A program made the position numbers and the translations under genes. The notes under the pieces were generated by a model. It was not told the origin of the DNA. It saw only the letters and a list, made by a program, of their open reading frames with translations, and made no database searches. From Candidatus Sysuimicrobiota bacterium (lineage in GTDB: Bacteria > Sysuimicrobiota > Sysuimicrobiia > Sysuimicrobiales > Sysuimicrobiaceae): a stretch of 11,333 nucleotides of DNA. How positions within the stretch are numbered: the stretch's first letter is position 1; every line of letters starts with the position of its first letter. This document shows, piece by piece, positions 6,804 through 11,333 of this stretch. The stretch lies in the NCBI GenBank assembly GCA_040289515.1, contig PSLI01000051.1:1-11333 (forward strand). The letters are read 5' to 3'.

Positions 6804-8060
6804 GTGGGCGTGAGGCTGCCGGACCGTTGCCAGGTGGCGGTGGTGGGCGCGGGGATCGTGGGGCTTGCCTGCGCGCACGCCCTGGTGCAGCGGTACCCGG
6901 ACCTGCGGGGGGTGGTGCTGGAGAAGGAACCCGAGGTGGGGTTGCACCAGACGTCCCACAACAGCGGCGTGGTGCACGCGGGGATCTACTACCGTCCCGG
7001 CTCCCTGCGTGCGCGGCTGTGCCTGGAAGGGGCCCGGCGGATGCGGGCCTTCTGCGAGGCGCACGGGCTGCCCTTCCAGGCGGTGGGCCAGGTGATCGTG
7101 GCCACCGAGGAGCGGGAGCTTCCGCGACTGGAGGAGCTGCTGCGCAGGGGGCAGGCCAACGGCGTGCCGGGGCTGCGGTGGTTGCGGGCGGAGGAGCTGC
7201 GGGAGGTGGAACCGCACGCGGCGGGGCTGGCCGCCCTTCACTCCCCGGCCACCGCCATCACGGACTTCCGGCAGGTGGCGCTGACCCTGGCCAAGCTGCT
7301 GGGTGCTTCCGGGACCGCGGTGGTAACCGGCTGCGCGTTGCTAGGTGCTCGGCGCCGGCCGGAGGGGTTCGAGCTGCGGACAAGCCGGGGGCTGCTGCTG
7401 GCGAGATCGGTCCTGAACTGCGCGGGGCTGCACAGCGACCGCGTGGCCCGGTCGCTGGGAGCGCGGCCCGGGGTCCGTATCGTGCCCTTCCGGGGCGAGT
7501 ACTACCTTTTGCGGCCGGAGCGCCGCCACCTGGTCCGGGGTCTTATCTACCCGGTGCCCGACCCGCAGCTGCCGTTCCTCGGCGTGCACCTCACGCGCAC
7601 CGTTCACGGGGAGGTGGAAGCGGGCCCCAACGCGGTGGTGGCGTGGGCGCGGGAGGGCTACCGGCCGTGGGCCTTCCGGCTGCAGGACGCGTGGGAGACC
7701 GTTAGCTACTCCGGGTTCTGGGGCCTGGCGCGGAGGTACTGGCGCGTGGGGCTGTACGAGCAGATCCGCTCCTGGAGCCTCCGGGAGTTCGCACGGTCGG
7801 TGCGCCGTCTGCTGCCGGAGGTGCAGGATCGGGACCTGCAGCGGGTCGGTTGCGGGGTGCGGGCTCAGGCGGTGGCACCCGACGGCAGCCTTGTGGACGA
7901 TTTCCGGGTGGTACTGCAGCCGGGAGCTGTGCATGTGTTGAACGCGCCCTCCCCCGCGGCCACCGCCGCCCTGGCCATCGGAGACCACGTGGCTGAGCTG
8001 GCCTCCGAGGTCCTGGGGTTGGAGGCCACGCCGCGGGCACAGTCGGCCCTGGGGTGGTGA
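6804..8060 (+). CDS. lhgO: L-2-hydroxyglutarate oxidase family FAD-dependent oxidoreductase
   Basis: Motifs: VVGAGIVGLA, HQTSHNSGVVHAGIYYRPGSLRA, NCAGLHSDRVA, IVPFRGEYY, LIYPVPDP.LPFLGVHLT, GPNAV, GVRAQAV, HVLNAPSPAATA. Starts 1 nt after the upstream stop. Confidence 0.93.
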   Translation: MGVRLPDRCQVAVVGAGIVGLACAHALVQRYPDLRGVVLEKEPEVGLHQTSHNSGVVHAGIYYRPGSLRARLCLEGARRMRAFCEAHGLPFQAVGQVIVATEERELPRLEELLRRGQANGVPGLRWLRAEELREVEPHAAGLAALHSPATAITDFRQVALTLAKLLGASGTAVVTGCALLGARRRPEGFELRTSRGLLLARSVLNCAGLHSDRVARSLGARPGVRIVPFRGEYYLLRPERRHLVRGLIYPVPDPQLPFLGVHLTRTVHGEVEAGPNAVVAWAREGYRPWAFRLQDAWETVSYSGFWGLARRYWRVGLYEQIRSWSLREFARSVRRLLPEVQDRDLQRVGCGVRAQAVAPDGSLVDDFRVVLQPGAVHVLNAPSPAATAALAIGDHVAELASEVLGLEATPRAQSALGW

Positions 8061-8061
8061 G

Positions 8062-8337
8062 GCCCGCGGTGCCCTCGAGGGGAAGGCCCTGGAGCGCTTC
8101 GCGGAGATCCAGCGCCAGGCTCAGCGGTACCTCGAAGGGCGCGGCAACCTGTTCACGTGGATGTCTGCCTCGGGCCTGGACCTGCGGCCTTCCCGCAACT
8201 GGACCTTCAGCCTACGGAAGGTGAGCGCCCTGGAGATCGTGGTGTACGCCCACGGCCGGACGGCCAACCAGGGGCGGCGGTGGAGACTGTCCGTGCGCGG
8301 CGACGGGTCCGCGGCCGTGCAGCTGGAGTCCCCTTGA
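8062..8337 (+). pseudogene. Probable 5'-truncated gene remnant (about 91 codons, no proper start)
   Basis: Stop-free frame with host-like GC3-rich codons: ARGALEGKALERFAEIQRQAQRYLEGRGNLFTWMSASGLDLRPSRNWTFSLRKVSALEIVVYAHGRTANQGRRWRLSVRGDGSAAVQLESP*. The only ATG is internal (8161). Not in the ORF track. Confidence 0.5.
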
Positions 8338-8590
8338 GGGCGGTACGGCCGCACCCCGGCACGCGTCACGGGGCCAGCTTGGCTGCCAGCTGCGCGATCT
8401 CATCCGGGGACAGGCCCGGGGCGAATTCCTCCGCAGGTCCCGCAGGACGGACCTTGTAGGGAACGCCTCACCGTGATACCTCCCCGGTGGGTCGTGGCTA
8501 CTTTTGGCGGTTCTGGTGGGGCCAGCTGGCTGCTGGTGGGAACGGCCTCGTGGCCCTGCTCAGGCCCCGCTGAGAGTGCCGGGGCGGTCC

Positions 8591-9859
8591 TCAATCCCCG
8601 GGTTGAAAAGCGCCAGCGGGAGCGCGGCGGACTCTGGGGACGGACAGGATGGTGGCCGCCGCGCACAGCTGCAACACCACTACCCCGAGCCACGCGGCGG
8701 TGTAGGAGCTCCCGGCCCGCTCCACCGCCCAGCCGAAGGCGGGCGGTGCCATCATGGTGAACACGTACAGAACGGTCATGCTCAAGCCCACGGCTACGGC
8801 CCCAGCCCCCCACGCCAGCTCGGAGATGAGGGTGACGTACAGCCCGTTCCATCCCAGCAAGGTGAACCCCGCCAGCAGTGCCAGCAACACCGCCAAGCCC
8901 ACCGGTACCCGTGGCCACCGCGACAACAGCGCCAGGGCTAGCACGGTGGCCGCCGCGCAGCAGGCTGCCAGGGCCATGGGACGCGGGCGGTCCCCACCGA
9001 AGTGGCGGTCGGAGACCCAGCCCCACACCATCCGTCCGGCGATGCCGCCCAGGTGGACGAACAGCAAAAGCCGCGCAGCGTCCTGCGCGCGCCAGCGGAA
9101 GGTGTCCACGAAGTATAGGGGCAGGTAGCCTGTCAGGGCGTACTGCCCTGCCGCCAGCAGGCACGCGGTCATGGTGGTGAGCATCAGGGGAGGGCTGCGG
9201 AGGAACCCTACCGGGCTGCGCCGCACGCTGCCCGTCGGTCTCAGCACTCGGCCCCGCAGGGAGGGTGTGGGGCCCAGTGCCCAGTAGGTAACTGCTCCCG
9301 CTAGGCCGCACCCGACCGATGCGACCACGAGTGCTATGCGCCAGCCCCACGAGGCCGCCAGCCACGGCAGCAGCCAGGCCGCCACAAGGCCGCCCACGGG
9401 AAGGCCTGCCTGGCGGACTCCCATGGCCACCCCGCGTTCCCGCGGCGGAAACCACCCCATCACCGCTTGGCTCCCGGCCACCTGGCTGGAAGGGAATCCC
9501 AAACCCCCAAGGGCCAGGGCCAGCGTTACCAACCCCACGGACGGCGACAGGGCGGCAAGCGCGGTGAACAGGGCGGTCACCAGGGCTCCGGAAGCCATCA
9601 CGCGGCCTTCGCCCCACCGCTCGGTGGCAAGGCCTGTGGCGTAGAAGGCCGCCAGGGCCCCCAGGTCGAAGGCACCCAGCACCACGCCCGTCTGGGCCAG
9701 GGAAAGGTGCAAGTCCGAGCGCAGAAACGGCGCCACCGTCGGAAGCCCGAAGCGTACGAAGGTTAGACCCGCCTGCTGCAAAGTGGCGACTACCAGCACC
9801 CGCCACCGCTTGGGGGACGAAGACGAGGCTGTCGGGCTCGGCAAAGCTGGCTGTGGCAC
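8591..9859 (-). CDS. Major facilitator superfamily (MFS) transporter
   Basis: About 12 hydrophobic segments. Motif A-like GLATERWGEGR and GWVSDRHFGGDR, plus 'WFPPRERGVAMG..Q.G...GG'. GTG start at 9859. Confidence 0.92.
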   Translation of the reverse strand: MPQPALPSPTASSSSPKRWRVLVVATLQQAGLTFVRFGLPTVAPFLRSDLHLSLAQTGVVLGAFDLGALAAFYATGLATERWGEGRVMASGALVTALFTALAALSPSVGLVTLALALGGLGFPSSQVAGSQAVMGWFPPRERGVAMGVRQAGLPVGGLVAAWLLPWLAASWGWRIALVVASVGCGLAGAVTYWALGPTPSLRGRVLRPTGSVRRSPVGFLRSPPLMLTTMTACLLAAGQYALTGYLPLYFVDTFRWRAQDAARLLLFVHLGGIAGRMVWGWVSDRHFGGDRPRPMALAACCAAATVLALALLSRWPRVPVGLAVLLALLAGFTLLGWNGLYVTLISELAWGAGAVAVGLSMTVLYVFTMMAPPAFGWAVERAGSSYTAAWLGVVVLQLCAAATILSVPRVRRAPAGAFQPGD

Positions 9860-10047
9860 GACACTTCCATTGTATGGATTTGCGCCAGGCTTCCCGCCGC
9901 GTGACGGACCATCCCGCCGCCGCAGGCCAGTACGATGCGCAGCCCCAACCGGAGAAGAAACCCAAGAAGGACCCCGGGGCTGGTGCTGAATCCCGCCTTC
10001 GCCCTACTGGGCGACGGAGCAGCCGAAGGAGAGGTCTCGTCAATAGT

Positions 10048-10141
10048 CACAATGAACGAGGCCGGCCCCGTTTCGCGGCACGTGGGTTACGCTGGAGTTG
10101 CCTGTGCCCCCAGCACAGAGCCACACACGAAAGGGGCCGGT
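10048..10141 (+). ncRNA. Structured non-coding left end of the IS110 element (candidate bridge/seek RNA region or RBS-sequestering hairpin)
   Basis: -10-like CACAAT at 10048-10053. Nested stems follow: CCGGCCCC 10062-10069/GGGGCCGG 10133-10140; TTTCG 10071-10075/CGAAA 10128-10132; GTGG 10082-10085/CCAC 10121-10124; GCTGG 10091-10095/CCAGC 10110-10114. Lies immediately 5' of the IS110 ORF. Confidence 0.45.
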
Positions 10142-10145
10142 GAAG

Positions 10146-10594
10146 ATGCAGGGTATCACAAAGTTCGTCGGGATGGCCGTATCCAAGGAGAGGATCGAGG
10201 TGGGCATCGCCGACGCGGGTGGAGGAAGGGGCCGTTTCTGGGGAGGGAGCAGGCACGAGCCGGAGGCGGTGCGGAGGCTCATGCAGCAACTGGGGCGGCC
10301 CGAGGAGCTCATGGTGGCCTACGAGGCTGGACCGACGGGTTACGGTTTGCAGCGCCAACTGGAGGGGATGGGGATCGCCTGCATCGTGGCGGCCCCATCG
10401 TTGACACCGGTGCGGCCCGGCGATCGTGTAAAAACAGACCGACGGGACGCGGTGCGGCTGGCGGAGCTTTTGCGGGCCGGGGAGCTGGTGGCGGCCTGGG
10501 TGCCTGGGGAAGACGAGGAGGCGTTGCGGGATCTGGTACGGGGAGGATGCCAAGCAGGATCAGTTGCGGGTTCGGCACCGTCTGAGCAAGTTCC
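10146..10594 (+). pseudogene. IS110-family transposase/recombinase remnant (N-terminal DEDD RuvC-like domain)
   Basis: MQGITKFVGMAVSK...YEAGPTGYGLQRQL...APSLTPVRPGDRVKTDRRDAVRLAELLRAGEL...VPGEDEEALRDLVR, then a frameshift near 10540 into EDAKQDQLRVRHRLSKF, where similarity ends. The first catalytic Asp of G(L/M)DV(H/S)K reads Ala. The C-terminal domain is missing. Confidence 0.92.
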
Positions 10595-10595
10595 G

Positions 10596-10960
10596 GTACC
10601 GGTAAAACGTCACCATCCGCTCGGGAGTCCCGCCCCAGCGCCTCCGCCGGTTTCCCGTACCCGTGCGGGTGGCACCAGGCCTCGAGCTCCTTGCGCTTCC
10701 GCTCCGCCTCCGCCCGGGTCGGGGGCGTAAGCGATGGCCCCCAACATGGGCTTGGCCACGGCTTGCTGGCGGCGCGGCAGCTGCTCCAGCACGTGGCGCA
10801 CCTCGGGGTTGCCCGCGAAGTCTTGGACTTCGTGGGGAGCCCTTCCAGCACCGCTGCTCCTCGGCCTCCGGCCAGACGTTGCCCAAGGCGCCCGAGATCC
10901 CCAGATGGCCGTCCCCGATCACTAGCCGCGGTGCGTCCATCCCCCGGTCCCGCAAGTCCC
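10596..10960 (-). pseudogene. IS256 (mutator) family transposase internal fragment, frameshifted
   Basis: Pieces in different minus-strand frames join into RDLRDRGMDAPRLVIGDGHLGISGALGNVWPEAEEQRCW / VRHVLEQLPRRQQAVAKPMLGAIAYAP / TRAEAERKRKELEAWCHPHGYGKPAEALGRD / ERMVTFYRY. This matches the IS256 'L..RG...P.L.IGDG..G...A...V.P....QRCW' region. Confidence 0.85.
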
Positions 10961-11274
10961 TGGACTTGCCCCGGTTTCGTGGACACCCTGAGACTGGAGG
11001 CGACAGCCTCGGAAAGCAGTGATCCACGAGGCCCAGGCGCAGACCCCCTTACCCGCGGCAGTTCCGGGAGGAGGCGGTGCAGTTGGTCCACACCTCCGGG
11101 CGGCCCATCGCCCAGGTGGTCCGGCAGCTATTGATTGCGCACGGGGCCCTGAGTGCGCGGGGGAAGCAGGCGGAGCGGGACGCGGGGCTGCGTAGCGACG
11201 GGCTGACCACGGCGGAGCGGGAGGAGCTGCGGCGGGAGAACCGGATCCTGCGGGAGGAGCGGGAGATCCTGAAG
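10961..11274 (+). mobile_element. IS3-family element: left inverted repeat plus degenerate orfA, truncated
   Basis: Starts 5'-TGGACTTGCCCCGGTTTCGTGGACACC (TG terminus, IS3-like IRL) exactly where IS256 similarity stops. The orfA frame from 11029 reads PRRRPPYPRQFREEAVQLVHTSGRPIAQVVRQL...KQAERDAGLRSDGLTTAEREELRRENRILREEREILK (HTH plus leucine zipper). The expected ATG reads AGG, and similarity is lost after ILK (KAAAFF expected). Confidence 0.88.
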
Positions 11275-11333
11275 CAGCCCCGGGAAATCTGGCGATTTCT
11301 CGGGTACTACGCGTGGCGGAGTCGACCTCCCAG

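Noticed and set aside
24..8040. Other overlapping ORFs in the track (e.g. 73..819, 852..1712, 1255..1881, 4987..5733, 5792..6961, 6827..7705)
   Set aside because: They overlap well-supported genes in other frames or strands and show no recognisable motifs. Long shadow ORFs are expected at high GC.
8400..10043. 547-aa minus-strand ORF
   Set aside because: Alternative frame over the MFS gene, with Arg/Gly/Pro-rich low-complexity translation typical of GC-rich shadow ORFs.
9790..10050. 86-aa minus-strand ORF with a hydrophobic stretch
   Set aside because: No RBS, it overlaps the MFS start and putative promoter, and it has no recognisable motif. It cannot be supported as a gene.
10098..10730. 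Intact 210-aa IS110 transposase
   Set aside because: The likely start is 10146, the frame leaves IS110 similarity near 10540, the first catalytic Asp is replaced and the C-terminal domain is missing.

Overview
A GC-rich bacterial window with three parts. (1) 1-3190 is the tail of a surface-polysaccharide locus: a partial GT4 glycosyltransferase, a WcaJ/WbaP-type priming phosphoglycosyltransferase and a geranylgeranyl-reductase-like flavoprotein. (2) 3191-9859 holds a palindrome-rich non-coding zone around a small coiled-coil/TM gene. Next to it are a Pif1-family helicase with a C-terminal WYL domain (minus strand), a divergent sugar-phosphate nucleotidyltransferase + lhgO pair, two small gene remnants and an MFS transporter. 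(3) 10040-11333 is a pile of decayed IS elements: an IS110 remnant with a structured non-coding left end, an IS256 fragment and an IS3 left end with orfA. The most unusual unexplained signal is a dense run of abutting odd-length palindromes at 3888-4043, mostly centred on CCWGG, directly downstream of pif1-WYL. Also notable are two related mini-hairpins with a compensatory base change, both at IS breakpoints. All calls come from reading motifs by eye; no database search was run.
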